Assembly (NCBI GenBank): GCA_040437565.1
Contig: JBDOQK010000037.1
Span: forward strand, 248,001 to 312,000
DNA from: Albugo candida
Lineage: Eukaryota
DNA: 64,000 nt
Direction: 5' to 3'
Below the pieces are notes generated by a model that ran no database searches, was not told where the DNA came from, and saw only the letters and a program-made list of their open reading frames with translations. The position numbers and the translations under genes are program-made. The first letter of the stretch is position 1; the number at the start of each line of letters is the position of its first letter. This document shows, one piece after another, positions 25,353 through 38,426 of the stretch.

Positions 25353-28300
25353 TTCCTAATATCCAATCGGGTGTTGATCAAATGCGGCATTAGTAACGTG
25401 AGACCCAAGCAGGCGATCACATATTCTAGAGTAGTAAAGCTAAGAATTATTCATTTATATGGTCTCTTAGACGTCGAATATAGACAACAATGAGTACATG
25501 AATTATTTCCCACTATATCACGACCATTTCGAGTTTTCCAGGAAAGACTACTTACTCGCTTGACATTGCTCATCAGAATGAGATAAGGGCACTTAAGGCT
25601 CTGAAACATGCCATCCATTATCATCGGATTGACACAATCATATCACGATAATCAGAAGTTCCGTTTAATTTAGCCTGAAAACTTTCCCATCACATACATT
25701 TGAAGCAGCTGTGTCCTCTGAATCAAAATATTCCACGTGACCCAAAAAAATACTTTACGGCACCCTTGTCAATCAAGCCATAAATTTAATCAAGGTCGTT
25801 TTCTTGTCTGTAAAATTCCATTTGTAGACCAATTTGTAGAGCGAGCAGTCAAGGTTAATAGAATCTACAAAAGAAGACCTAGCTGTTTCTACGACTCGAC
25901 GTCGTAAATCTTTGTCGACCTCTGGCATCAATAGAACGAAAGTGTCGCTTTCTTCATATCCTCTATTTATGCTGACATATTATTCAAGACATATATCAGC
26001 CCTTGGCTCTTGATTTTTCACTCTTTACTGGGTCCTACACCCTAGAAACGCAGCAAGCACGCTTCGGATATTTGGGCCGCGCGCGAACACAGTAGACTTC
26101 ATTTAGATCAATGCACCATTTCAAGTACTTAGCCGCAGGTTCTGTAGCCTCATCAATCATCTGCTTACGACTAGACTAGTCTATCTTCTCCAATGAAGGT
26201 GCCGCCATTGAAACATTAGTGTGTCTTTCTTTCTCGACGTCTTCCGTGACGGCGCTATTTTGAGTAAGCATCTAAAGCTACTAGCTCGACTACAGCCGCA
26301 TTGGACATCTTTAGTTTCAAGTTTGCACAATACCGTTTCATTACTTTCCAATTTGCAAACTATCAAGCGTCTACTTGGTGTAAGCAATTGCTTTGTGTAA
26401 AAGCTGGATCAGGCACAAACGCTTCTCGACCAATCATCTTAAGTAGCACAAACTTTCGTACGTGACTCTTTGGTGCATAAAACACCTTGTGCAAGCTAGT
26501 TTCTTGCGTCCAAGTGAAATGGAGACATATTTTTCGCACGGAACACTTCCATTCGGAGAATGACGCAGAAAGTAGCTGCGTCTGCGTCGTTGTGTGCGTG
26601 TATTATGCAAAAAAGTCGTTCAACTCTAAGAAAGCTCACAATGATTTTTTAGATCCCATTTATCAGCTTTGATGGGTTTCCGAGCAACTTCAAAGTTGTT
26701 TCATGCTATCAAACTTGGAGGATTCGATTGTTTTGTGTTGACGGATAGCTACTTTTTATCATTGTTGACTCGAGAAAACGCCTTACGTTATTCAGGTTGA
26801 CACATGCCATTGACTTTTAGTATCATATAATTAAATGAAAATGCCACAGAATATGAGCCATCGAGACTGTGGAAACCATCGACGACAGTAGCAACATTAT
26901 ATTAAAGCGAGACTGCGTGGTCCAAAGAAGTATTGTTATGCGGAGGGCGTGTATTACCCAAGTTTTAGCCCCTTTCCTTCGAGCAACCTCCTTCCCTTTC
27001 AGACCATAATCTCTCTCGCCTGTCGCCTTCTGTACTCAAACCAGGCAGATGCCGACACACAGTGTCACCGAGGCGGCCGGAGACCTGGCAACATTCCACT
27101 CGATCAGACGCCATCTTCCAACACATTTTAGAAAAAGATCATATCAAGTTTGCTACTCGTCCAGTAACCTTTTCCGTCTCGAAACCACTCATGGTCATCT
27201 CTCTAATCTTCGCCTTCATATCTCCTTTGTGAAGAACAGAAAAAAGTAAACATGCCGGTGGTAGAAAGAACGCTCACTACACTTGTGAAGTAAGAAGTAA
27301 CATAATGCCTATTTTCATGCTCAGGTTCTCTGACTTTATGAGCTGTCTTTCCAATAATTAAAAGTCTTAGCTACTCGCATCAGCACTAACTAGTCCAATG
27401 CGCATTATGAGACACTCTTCATGCATGCCTACTTACTAGCTATATCAGAAGTGAGCGAGGGTCTCTTGAGGCAAATTGAAGCCAAGTGGTCCGGCTACAG
27501 CTCGTATGAACAGGAGAGACCTAAATATGTTCTTAATGAGCGACGACCGAAGCACTCTGTCCGATTTCCCAATATTGACAAGAAGTTCGAGCGTATGACA
27601 AATCTGCTGATGGAACTATGGAGAGATCCGTATTTTAAAGGACACTATCGAATTTTCGAAATGCCCGCGTCAATACACTTATATTGGACGCCAATAATCA
27701 TCATGGAACCGAAATGCGTCTTTGCTCATCAAAATCTTCACTGCGTCACACGTTTACTCGATTCAAAACAGTAATAACTATGTAGGAGAAATGATCTGCT
27801 GTTGTCATGTAAATGACTTGGAGAATTATTTGTAAAATATATGAAAAATATGTCGTGTGTGCAAGCAGTCAGGAGGCAACCATTACGATGCATTTTTATC
27901 AACTCATTCGATATATCTGCGTGCACAGCATCTTAGTGCCGGTGCCGCCACAAAAGCTCGGGGCTCGATGGGAGATCAATCAAGACGACGATCATAGCAG
28001 AGGCTGATCTACTCTTGCATTCTATTAGTATCATACTTCAGCTTGAGCGATAAGCGATCAGACGTACCTTCCCTGTAAAACATGGATGATTGGCAAAGTC
28101 TGGCCGCGGAAGAATTCTAGGGAAGTAACTGAGCTATTTGATCTACCGCGGACAGGAAGTAAACATTATAGAGATGTGAAGTTGACATATTACCAAAAAT
28201 TAGTGACAAAATGATTCGAGAACGTTGCCAATGGCTATGAATGTCACCCATGCTTCCGTGAATACCAAAATCTTTGGCTGTTATCGAAGACATGAAGACA

Positions 28301-28695
28301 AACACGACAATACGTGTAACTAGCAATCATACGTTACGTTCTAGAACTAAAGTGAGGGTGTAGGTATGTCTATTAATCTAGCTTCCCAGCTTGGTGCATC
28401 TGTTCATCTAAAAAGCCTTTCTTATGTTGGGTATCCAAGGCACGAGAACTGGAAGCTTAGAGTTATACTCTATATTCGATGAGACCCAGCTGAACTTAAT
28501 TCTCATGCGGCTATTTGATTGTTTAATCATTCTTGTGCTTCCGTTCCTTCAGCGAGACGATACATAATGTCGTCTGATTCATTCTTGTTTGCAGTGGAGT
28601 CTTATGTAGGGCAGAATCTATACCGACCCCTTGAAGATTATGTTGCCAAATGCATTTTTCTTGTATTTGAGAGTGGGCACTTAGACCCCGAGATA

Positions 28696-29086
28696 TTATA
28701 GCTTGTAGCTTCCGTGCCCATTATTCCCATCACAATTGTAGCGGATATGTGCTGGATAATATGTGGTGCCTATTCTTTCTGTATTGTCAGCACGGAGTAG
28801 GGTGATTGGAGTTGTGCTTTCATTGGATCCGCATAGACGCAGATGAGCGAGATTGTTGTCATCTGAATTGTGTGTTGTTGCGAATGAGGACATTTCAAAA
28901 ATTTTATCAATCAGAAGTTTTGATCCAGTTAGATTATCGCTTATAGCACATGGTTCTCAACATGAGATCTCTCCTGTTTCGTAAATACTTTTTATTTTCG
29001 TTTGTGTGCTTAGTGTGTTGTCGCGTGGCCCACCGAGAATGACATTGAGAACCAAGCCACTGAACAAAAGAACAGGCTGTTGCATC
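28696..29086 (-). pseudogene. Interrupted ORF beginning with a signal-peptide-like segment
   Basis: MQQPVLLFSGLVLNVILG-GPRDN...GEISC*EPCAIS... stays in frame with ORF 28696-28893 except for one TGA near 28958. Confidence 0.35.
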
Positions 29087-31993
29087 ACTGAGGATTCTTT
29101 ATGATCATACTAACATGCATTATGACCGCTCAATCCAGCACACTTTCACGTACTTCACNNNNNNNNNNNNNNNNNNNNNNNNNNNNNNNNNNNNNNNNNN
29201 NNNNNNNNNNNNNNNNNNNNNNNNNNNNNNNNNNNNNNNNNNNNNNNNNNNNNNNNNNTCTCCTGTTTCGTAAATACTTTTTATTTTCGTTTGTGTGCTT
29301 AGTGTGTTGTCGCGTGGCCCACCGAGAATGACATTGAGAACCAAGCCACTGAACAAAAGAACAGGCTGTTGCATCACTGAGGATTCTTTATGATCATACT
29401 AACATGCATTATGACCGCTCAATCCAGCACACTTTCACGTACTTCACCCAGTGAGGTGTGAAGTGTGTTTTGGAGCTACTGATTTCTACAAATTTTCTGG
29501 CAAAATAATGCTTTGTTGATTGTATGCCAGTGTAATATGATGTCAGATTTCGAGATTCTCTGCTGAAATATGATATCCAACGTTTAGTGCGATTGCAGCT
29601 GCATCGTATTCTTGCAATAGGTGCTCGTTATATAGAAAGAAATTCCATGCACTCAACAAAGCCGAGTGCAATAATCTCTACAAAGGACGATTGGTTGCAA
29701 AAGGATGCGACAGACAGTCGGAATCGAACAGCATCGATACGTATGATTCACTTGCAAGCAAAACAAGTATTAGCTTTCCTGAGGTTACGTGGTCATCTCG
29801 GATACAAAACACGTCAAAGATTACATTATCACAGCGTAATTATTGCAATTTTGATGAAAGATAGCTTCATTCGGTCATTTCAAGCATGCCAGCTTGGGTA
29901 AGGTCAAGTCTGCAACTGCATAAGTCTTCACTGTTAACAAAGCCGTTCGACCCAAAAACTCGAAGTTGACTACTGTCTATTCAATTCCAGAAGTCGGTGG
30001 AAGATTGTTTGCAAGCACGATAAGTGATCCAGGAAGCTGTCTCAAGAGCTTATGCCCACCACTTTTCGTCCATCCTTTTGTATTCCATTATTGATCGAGC
30101 CTATTCGATCAGAGTTCGATTATTCAGATTCAGCTCGGTCAAACTAATCTGTTAAAGAGAGAACGAAACGTGAATTAGTGTCCGTTGAATCTCGAAAATA
30201 CCCTCGTCCAATTTACCTCTATTCGTAGTAATCATTATTGCCTGATCAGTAAAAGCTGAATGAATTCGCTTTTGGCATTTTATCTATAAATTTTGGTCTT
30301 AAGACTTGCCCATTAAGATATACCCATCATCTTTGGAATTATCATAAGTCCATCATTTACACCGTGAGGCTATTTGTCCACGCGAATGTCAGAAGCACCA
30401 AGATCAAGCCATACCTTCCAGTCCTACACAGCTCACCCAGCGACGCCGCAAATGCTGTTATCGTGTAGCTTTTGATATTACTTGATCAATGTATCAAGTA
30501 TCTTTTCACGTCAAAGTGAAGCATTCAAGACAGACAACTATATAGTAGTATGGCTGTACCAATAGCTACAGCTTCCGCGATGTGTCACTGACAATCAGAA
30601 TTTGTTCTTAACTGGAATTTTTGTCATTCATCGCTTATACCGTTCCTACTACTCAGACGATCGCGAATTGCTTCTTTATCTTTTCTCTCATTACTATAAC
30701 GCTTACCAATTCATCTTGCACAGACTATGTCGACACCAGGCATATTCTCTATTGCTCGTTTGCATTCCCCAATACCATCAATTGACTTGCCAGGAGAACC
30801 ACTAGCATCTCTATGATTTCCATTGCGTCTCCTTAGCGGAGATGTGACTCATTGATTGAAACTCTGTGTATTAGTGCACTGCATGAGATTTTTACTGGCG
30901 GGCTCCATCCGCATATATATAGTCACATTGACTTTTGCATTGAACACTGATGTGTATCACGTAAGTACATGATATTTCGTTTGACTCTGTTGCATTTGGG
31001 TTCGTAACCTGTTTGCCATCTTCTCGCTCGGAGTACATCCCATTCGCTACTCTAAGGCTACTTGAAGCATTCAGATCCCCAGGTAACTCAATCAGAGANN
31101 NNNNNNNNNNNNNNNNNNNNNNNNNNNNNNNNNNNNNNNNNNNNNNNNNNNNNNNNNNNNNNNNNNNNNNNNNNNNNNNNNNNNNNNNNNNNNNNNNNTG
31201 ATATTTCGTTTGACTCTGTTGCATTTGAGTTCGTAACCTGTTTGCCATCTTCTCGCTCGGAGTACATCCCATTCGCTACTCTAAGGCTACTTGAAGCATT
31301 CAGATCCCCAGGTAACTCAATCAGAGATACGTTTATGCATCTAACAATCCGCCAGTTGTATGTATTTCCTGCAATTTCACACTTAAAGCGATGGTAGTCA
31401 CAGGTCGTCCTCAATCTCTCCTCCATGCATGCCAACATCTATCAATGAGCCTGCACACAACATAATCCTACTGCATCATTTCAATCTGTCGCTGTGAATG
31501 TATGAACATGTCGATGCAAATCGTTAGCCTCGAGCCACAGTATCGACCCATTAAACAGTTGTTACTGTTTTTCGAATATATTCGAGTGCGTAGAAATAAT
31601 ACAAAACGGAAGATCACATCAAAATCGAATCTATTGAAAGCAGCCTATGATGAAGACCAATACACCGTTACAGCCGAGTTTCCCTTCAGAATCGCCAATT
31701 CGGGCGCGCGCATTACTGATTCTCGATTACTTGAGGAGACATACAGCAGCCGTGTAGCATGGAAGTAGCCGATGTTAACACTTCTCGTGCTTGTCACATT
31801 GGAACTTAAAATCTTATAGGCTTTCGCGTTGATTCCATTTGTCAAAGATCCCATTCGTTCTTTGGCTGGTCCGCACAATCGTCTCGCACATACGCTTTTT
31901 GTCGAGTGGTAGCTGAAAATGTCTGATTCTTTTGGCAATACGCACATTAGATACGTTATTGTGTCTGATGGACCAAGGCTTTCCTGCATGCGC

Positions 31994-34831
31994 TCAACTC
32001 AAGTCGGCGCTCGTACATGGTTTCGACTTTTTCGCAATAAAGCTTCTCGCATTCTCATCAAAAGACCGTTTTCGAACCATTGACGAGTCGGGAACGAGGC
32101 TATCTAAGCTATCCGGATCCGTGTGCGCAGCCTCACCAGATGCTTTTGACATCACATCTTCACTGAGAGCGGGATTTTGTTGAATCAAATCGGATTGCGA
32201 ATTCCCGTCACGTATCGGTGTTTTCTTGAATGTGTCGTTTTTATTAACGTCGTCGTTCGAATTTGAAGGGGAGCTCTTCCATGATATGGTTCGGAACATG
32301 CTTTTCACCTTTGGAGACTTCCGCTTTATAGGCGCGTTCCAACTAATCTTATTGCCTAAAAACGTATCCGATTCGTCCTCGTCTTGTGATGCTCGAATCG
32401 GCAGTCTCAAATCTTCCACCACTTCTGCGTCATTTGGATTTTGGTTTGCAGCTTCATCTTGCGTTACAGTGACTTGGTACTTTGATGTGCCGCTTCCAAT
32501 CGGAGCCGATACGTCAAGTTCTTTCGGCGAATGAAATGGTGCCTCATCCTCTTCGTCATAGTCGACAAGTTTGGTAGTTCTTACTGATGTATTGTCAGGT
32601 CTATCGGAAACACTTGCTATCGTCTAAACAACAGATACGCCCGTCAGAGTCACAATCATTCCTCGATGAATGACTTACTTTGAGCATTTGAGGCTCACAT
32701 GGTCCGTTATCTTGCTCATCATCCGATTCTTTTTCCCAGAAAACGTCTTCTTCTAGCGATTCTTTATCGACGGGCTGTTCTTGTGAGAGCAAGCGAATAG
32801 CTCCAATCTGTTTAGGGATCTCTGATTCCACGACTTGTTCGGTACCATATAAATCATCATAGCGTATGCGAATGGCTTCGAAGACAAGCGGAGATTCATC
32901 CTTGTACTTTTCATACAAGTGCTTGTAGATATGTTCCACCAACGATGAGAGCTTTATAGTGCACACGGTAAGACAAGGCATACGATTGTGGCAAAACAGC
33001 TACAGGTTCATCGTTCTTACATTTCGAGATTGATACAGCAGGTCCGAGACCGCAGATGTGATCGCTGTTGCCCGTTTATCGGAGCGTAAAAGGGAGCACA
33101 CAGGAGCGAGTAACTCGTTCATGATGAGAAATCTTGAGAAGAACGCTTCAGCGCGTACAACGCAAGCTTTGACAAATTTGATTCCCTCTTCGAATTCAAA
33201 GCACAATCAATTGTGGTCGAAAATATGCGAGAAAGAGAGACTTACGGATGACGCAGGGTTTGTTTTTTGACTGTAACATCTGTCGTACGTACATTGCCAC
33301 TGGTTGACGTCCGAATAAGTACTTGATGCGATAACCATGATTTTGCGTGCAAAAGGTAAGAAGTTCCATTATATTCTCCGCAAGCCCAAACATTGTGTCT
33401 TCGCTCGTATTGACCATGGAGTACTTTAATGGCTGTAAAAGCCAGTTGATATAATTCGGATACAATACGTTTAGAAACTTGTCATCCTGTGAGATCAAAT
33501 GATACCTTAGCTCCTCAATGTCCAAACTTTGGCACACAACTTACTTGCCCCAACGATACTCGAAACACTTCTTTCAGAATAGTAAAGTTCTGTGAGCGTG
33601 CGGATTCCACATGTTCAAACACAACAAGAAGAGCTGAAAACAGCGAGCAGCCTGGGTTCCATTCAAGTCGATCAGTAGTCGTTTTGGGCGAGCCTTGACA
33701 CTTTCCCTCAGTAGCCAGGTGCGTTCGGAGTCGCTCAGGGCCTTCATACACCACTATCATATGTAGAATCTCGACCACCAATTCAATTTCTTCTATTGCA
33801 TTCGATATACGTACTCTGCTGCCCAAAATAGAGCCAAATACATTGAATAATGCTCCGCCAAGAAACAAATCATTCAAAAAAGTCAGTCCGATAAAAGGTC
33901 CACCACGATTGCCATTTTGCTGATTCAGCTGCATATCCACAGTCCCTATCAGCTGCTGTAGCATAATGATCTCACGGAGTGTTTTCAGGCCGTCCACACG
34001 TTTCTCTTCTCCTTCAAGGACCTTCAAACTACAGATAGAAATCCACATATTACTTCACCTAAAGCTCTCATTCCACGACATATCATACAGTTTCTGCCAG
34101 TAATGCTGATCTTCGGCAAGAAATGCCAGAATTTTGCAATTATTCTCCACTTTCATTTGAGTCAGCAAGCCAACAACATTATCGGGCAGCATTCGCACCA
34201 ACAGATTTTCTTTTATGACATAAATACGAAAATTCATGTGCACACACTCCTGCACAGCTTCGTCGTCGATGGTAATGACTTGCTTGAAACACATACGCTC
34301 TTCCAAATCGCTTCGGAAATTGATGGGTGCCAATAAGCCTGGATTATAGCCCAGAATCTCGACCAGTGAGAAAAAGTTCTCTCCCTGCAGGAGATATTCC
34401 ATAACGGAACGATCACAGAGTCCCACTACGCAAATCGGCATGAAATCTCACGCTCAAACATAGCAAGAAATCATTTCGTACGCACCCAAAGCGTACACAG
34501 CGTCAAACAGAGCATGAAACTGCAGCAAATCGGGTTCTGCTTCACAGAAATCAACCAAATCCAATAGTTTGGTTATGTATTCTCCATTCTAAAGCGTTTC
34601 CATTCTCAATAATCGAGTCATTTTGCATTATTCAAAGGTCTTTCCTACCTCTTGAAGGACGGTTTGTATCACTTCATTGCGCACCACAGGATTATGTAAA
34701 CAGGATCGTATGGATACCGCTATTTCGTTCAGATTATCGATATCAACATCAGGTAGCCCTGAGAAATCTAAGCTCTCCATTTCCATCAGTAATGCTTCGG
34801 AATGCGAGTGGATGATCTGGCGATCGTGCAT
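31994..34831 (-). CDS. Protein phosphatase 4 regulatory subunit 3 (SMEK/Psy2-like), multi-exon; start uncertain
   Basis: LPDVDIDNLNEIA..., EYITKLLDL..CE, FKQVITIDDEAVQECVHMNFRIYVIKE, IMELLTFCTQNHGYRIKY, then a low-complexity tail. Confidence 0.8.
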
Positions 34832-35314
34832 CTTAAAGGTGCGAGTCGGATTAAAGCCAATTAAATTGTGTTCTGAGGAGTTTGAACCAATAATTGCCGA
34901 CAACTTTCGATCGTAATGACATCGCGAGAATTTGCACATCTTCAGCCTGTACGCACGCAAAAATGTATCATATTGAGCACAAATGAATCGATTTGGATAG
35001 GATAATTCGGAAATAGAGAGATCTGTTCTTGCGCAAGAGGTAATGTGACCGAGCGCATCGATCTGTTAGCAACTTGCGACTTTAGGTTGAAACATTACGC
35101 AATCGACTGGGTCTGCGTCAGGTCGATGTTTCCAAGGAATGTGGAGTCAACGCAAGTATGCTTTCTCAATGGATGCTCGGTAGATACAAAGGGAACGTCG
35201 CACGAGTAAGGAAGCGGACATTGAAGCGACAGTGATCTCAAATTGCGCTCTTAATGCGAGTAGATCAATGGCCTCATGGAATCGTGGCTGATACGACGAC
35301 GAGGCGGAAAACCG

Positions 35315-36960
35315 ATGGATAAAAGCTTTACAAGTGCGTGCAATATCTCTACATCAAGTCTTGAGATTATTTGACTTTGTTTGGTGGCAGATGCTTCTAT
35401 AAAGCTCAAGCGGATTAGCGGAGATGGAATTCATGCGCGAAGGTGAGTTCCAACTACATGATAGCTCATCACTTTTCAATGTGTTGACAATAGGAAACGA
35501 AGCTTTCTCTTTGCCCAAAGAAATTTGTATCAGTACCCAAAGGCAAGCTTTTCGAAATGCAAAAGGATTTTTATTTGTCACTCGTTGCGAACAAACAGAT
35601 TCCGGCTCAAGACTGCTACCTGATTCCGATACGTTTGGACGTCGATGTAGATGGATACCGCTATATCGACTCATTCTCGTGGAACTTGTGAGCTCATAAT
35701 GTGTACCACAATGACATTGCGCTGATCGATGTTATTGCTTTTGTCAAAGATACGAGTCGGATTTTACATTCCAAACCTTTGCAGCTGCCATTGTCCGTGA
35801 TTTAGACCTTCCGGAATGCTTTTATAAAGAAATTGCCGACTCGATCGCTTCTCAAGTGGAAATAGCCAAACGAACGATCCCATGGCATCAGAGTGTCGTC
35901 ACAGAGAGTCTGCATCCAATTTATATAAATCTTCGCATCAAAGACACAATATTAATCGATCGCTTTGAGGTTTGTCCATTGATATTCGCGCTGTTGAATC
36001 TCATTTGCGTCGTACAAGTAGTGGGATCTCAGCATTGAAAAGAATGATCCAGAGTATTTCGCACAAGTGATGTGTGATGAAATGGTTTGTGTCAATTTGT
36101 ATGTTGATTGTCGTGCTCAGTCATACTTATCAGGGCTTGAGTGGTGAATTTGAAGCACAAATAGCGCTGTCGATACGTGAGCAACTTCGAGACTACTCAC
36201 GTGTACTCAAACCTTTGCACATTTGGAACCGTATCATCTCATAATGTTGATCGTAGATTATCCGTGAAGGACTTCGTGAACGCGTCACAAGACTGCCATC
36301 TGTTGCCTCAGGGTTCCGAGATCGTAACGATGCTTCTCGTTGGGAGCCACAGGTCAAATACATTCACGCCGATGATATCCCTCAGCTGGAACGGGAAGAT
36401 TTCAAACGGATGCGACCTCATTCACATAGCACATCTGTCTGTGCTGCAGCAGCTATCAAGCCCAATCGTCCACCAAAACCTGTCAATACCTTTCTCATGT
36501 TTTGTCGGTACGTTTACATACTACAATTTCTATGACTGATCATCGGATGCTGTAAAGTGAGCGAAGAAAGAAAATCATGGAAGCGAATCCAAACATTAGT
36601 GCGAAAGACGCATCCAAAATTCTCGGTGAGATTTGGCAAAAGCTATCGGAGCAAGATCGAGCCAAGTATCAGCCGATGACGGATTCAGAAAATGAGAGGC
36701 GACTGAATGAGTGGCGATTGAAAGAGAACCTTCCACTTTTGAGGAGTACTCGTGTGCGGGCTGTTCCTTCGGCAATGGAGCAAGAAACCTTGTTGGCGAA
36801 CTCCAAAGCAAATTCTATTGATTCCGAGGCAATCGAAGCGGAAGATAAAGAGGAAGGAGATGAGGATGAAGAAGATGAGGAAGAAGAGGATGAAGATGAT
36901 GTTGTTGAAAGTAACCAGTCAGTCGATGGCTTGAATCTCGATCCCGAAGACGATATGTAG
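35315..36960 (+). CDS. SNF5/SMARCB1-domain protein fused to an HMG box and acidic tail (multi-exon; N-terminal model tentative)
   Basis: Rpt1 LIPIRLDVDVDGYRYIDSFSWNL..IVRDLDLP..IADSIASQV; Rpt2 DRFE|WDLS..NDPEYFAQVMCDEM|GLSGEFEAQIALSIREQL; then PPKPVNTFLMFCR|ERRKKIMEANPNISAKDASKILGEIWQKLSEQDRAKY. Confidence 0.85.
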
Positions 36961-36966
36961 ACCGAA

Positions 36967-37456
36967 TTAAGGCGGTGTTCGCCACTCCGACTGATAATAA
37001 TGAGCCTCAAGCTCAAATAAAGCGGAAGAGACATCTGATTTCAAGTGCCGTATTTGTGTATTCACTTCATCCCTCCTAATCAATCACGAAATTGAATTTG
37101 GGATTCCTCTCAATTTGCGCATTTTCACTCACCGTTTGGAGTATTCATCGATCCTTGAGTCTATGGTTTGATTCATACCCTCAAAGTCTCCCAATGCGAC
37201 TGCCATTTTAATTTCTGCTACCAATTTAAGAAGCGATTCAGTCGCTTGTACCTATACGTAAAGCGATGTATCAGACGTGCATTCCTTGTAATGTTTGCAA
37301 TAGCCATACGATTGTTGTTGCATGAATATGGTTTTGGAAGCATTCACGAGTTGTATTTGTTTTGTCTCGAATTTGAGAGGTTCGTATTATTTCTTTAAAG
37401 TTCTCAACGATTTTCTCGACATTATTATCCAAACGCTGCCGATATTCTTCTGCCAT
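36967..37456 (-). CDS. MED22: Mediator subunit 22 (3 exons)
   Basis: YRQRLDNNVEKIVENFKEII...HATTI|VQATESLLKLVAEIK...DFEGMNQ...LFELEAHYYQS. Confidence 0.85.
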
Positions 37457-37608
37457 GCGGATCCACTTGATTGGTGTATGGACATTATGTCGGGTATTTT
37501 GGGTTTCTTACCATTAAATTGGGATTTCGAATCATATTTTTACTGATACGAAACCAATTTCTCCCTTTTGAGACCATTCCGATCCGTTTGTGCGTGTAAG
37601 AAGAAGCT

Positions 37609-38018
37609 ATGAGTTCAGCGATTGTTGCAAACATCTGCCCGCCGTCGGCCTCTTTTTTCGGATTTATGGGTGTGGCTGCTGCACTCGTCTTTGCAAGTAC
37701 GCCTTCTCCTCCTTTTCCCTCGTGACAGTAGACACGATCTTACTTTCTTGTATTCGTTCAGACTTGGGTGCTGCGTATGGAACAGCGAAATCNNNNNNNN
37801 NNNNNNNNNNNNNNNNNNNNNNNNNNNNNNNNNNNNNNNNNNNNNNNNNNNNNNNNNNNNNNNNNNNNNNNNNNNNNNNNNNNNNNNNNNNNGTGGGACA
37901 GCAAGAAAAGCTGTTTGTCAACATGATCCTGATCTTGATTTTCGCAGAAGCTTTGGGTCTGTATGGTTTGATCGTGGCCCTTATCTTGTCACAGAAGAAG
38001 AGTGAATGCCCATCGTAG
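37609..38018 (+). CDS. VMA3: V-ATPase proteolipid subunit c, copy 1 (middle in N gap)
   Basis: [40 protein letters not shown]...[30 protein letters not shown]. Confidence 0.93.
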
Positions 38019-38426
38019 ATAAAACTTTCTCTTATCCCATGGCTTGTACCACATTCACTGGTTTTAAGCAGTCACGCCGTAGCTTACAATAATTCATTTA
38101 ATCGATGCTTGCAACTTATTCGATTTTCTTATATGTGCTCTGCTTCGAAAAGAATTCTTCGTCGACGATTCGATGCAGCACGTAATAGTTGACAACCTAA
38201 ATGTTGCAAGGAATGAAACATACGATCTCTTACTGGTTGAATACCAAAAAAGGGTAAAGTACCGCTTTAAACGAATGCGGCAATCCGTTCAGTTTACGAC
38301 AGTATAACGTTTGTCATGCATTTAGTACGTCCGAGTAGCAAGTGTCATCGTACAAAACGGGGTATCGATCGTATCAATCGAGTGTTATTATTGATCGTTA
38401 CTAAATGCAATATCAAAGAGTTTTAT

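Noticed and set aside
31645-31989. 114-aa minus-strand ORF downstream of PP4R3
   Set aside because: No recognisable motifs, and it starts 5 bp after the PP4R3 stop. Most likely 3' UTR, although an extra terminal exon is not excluded.
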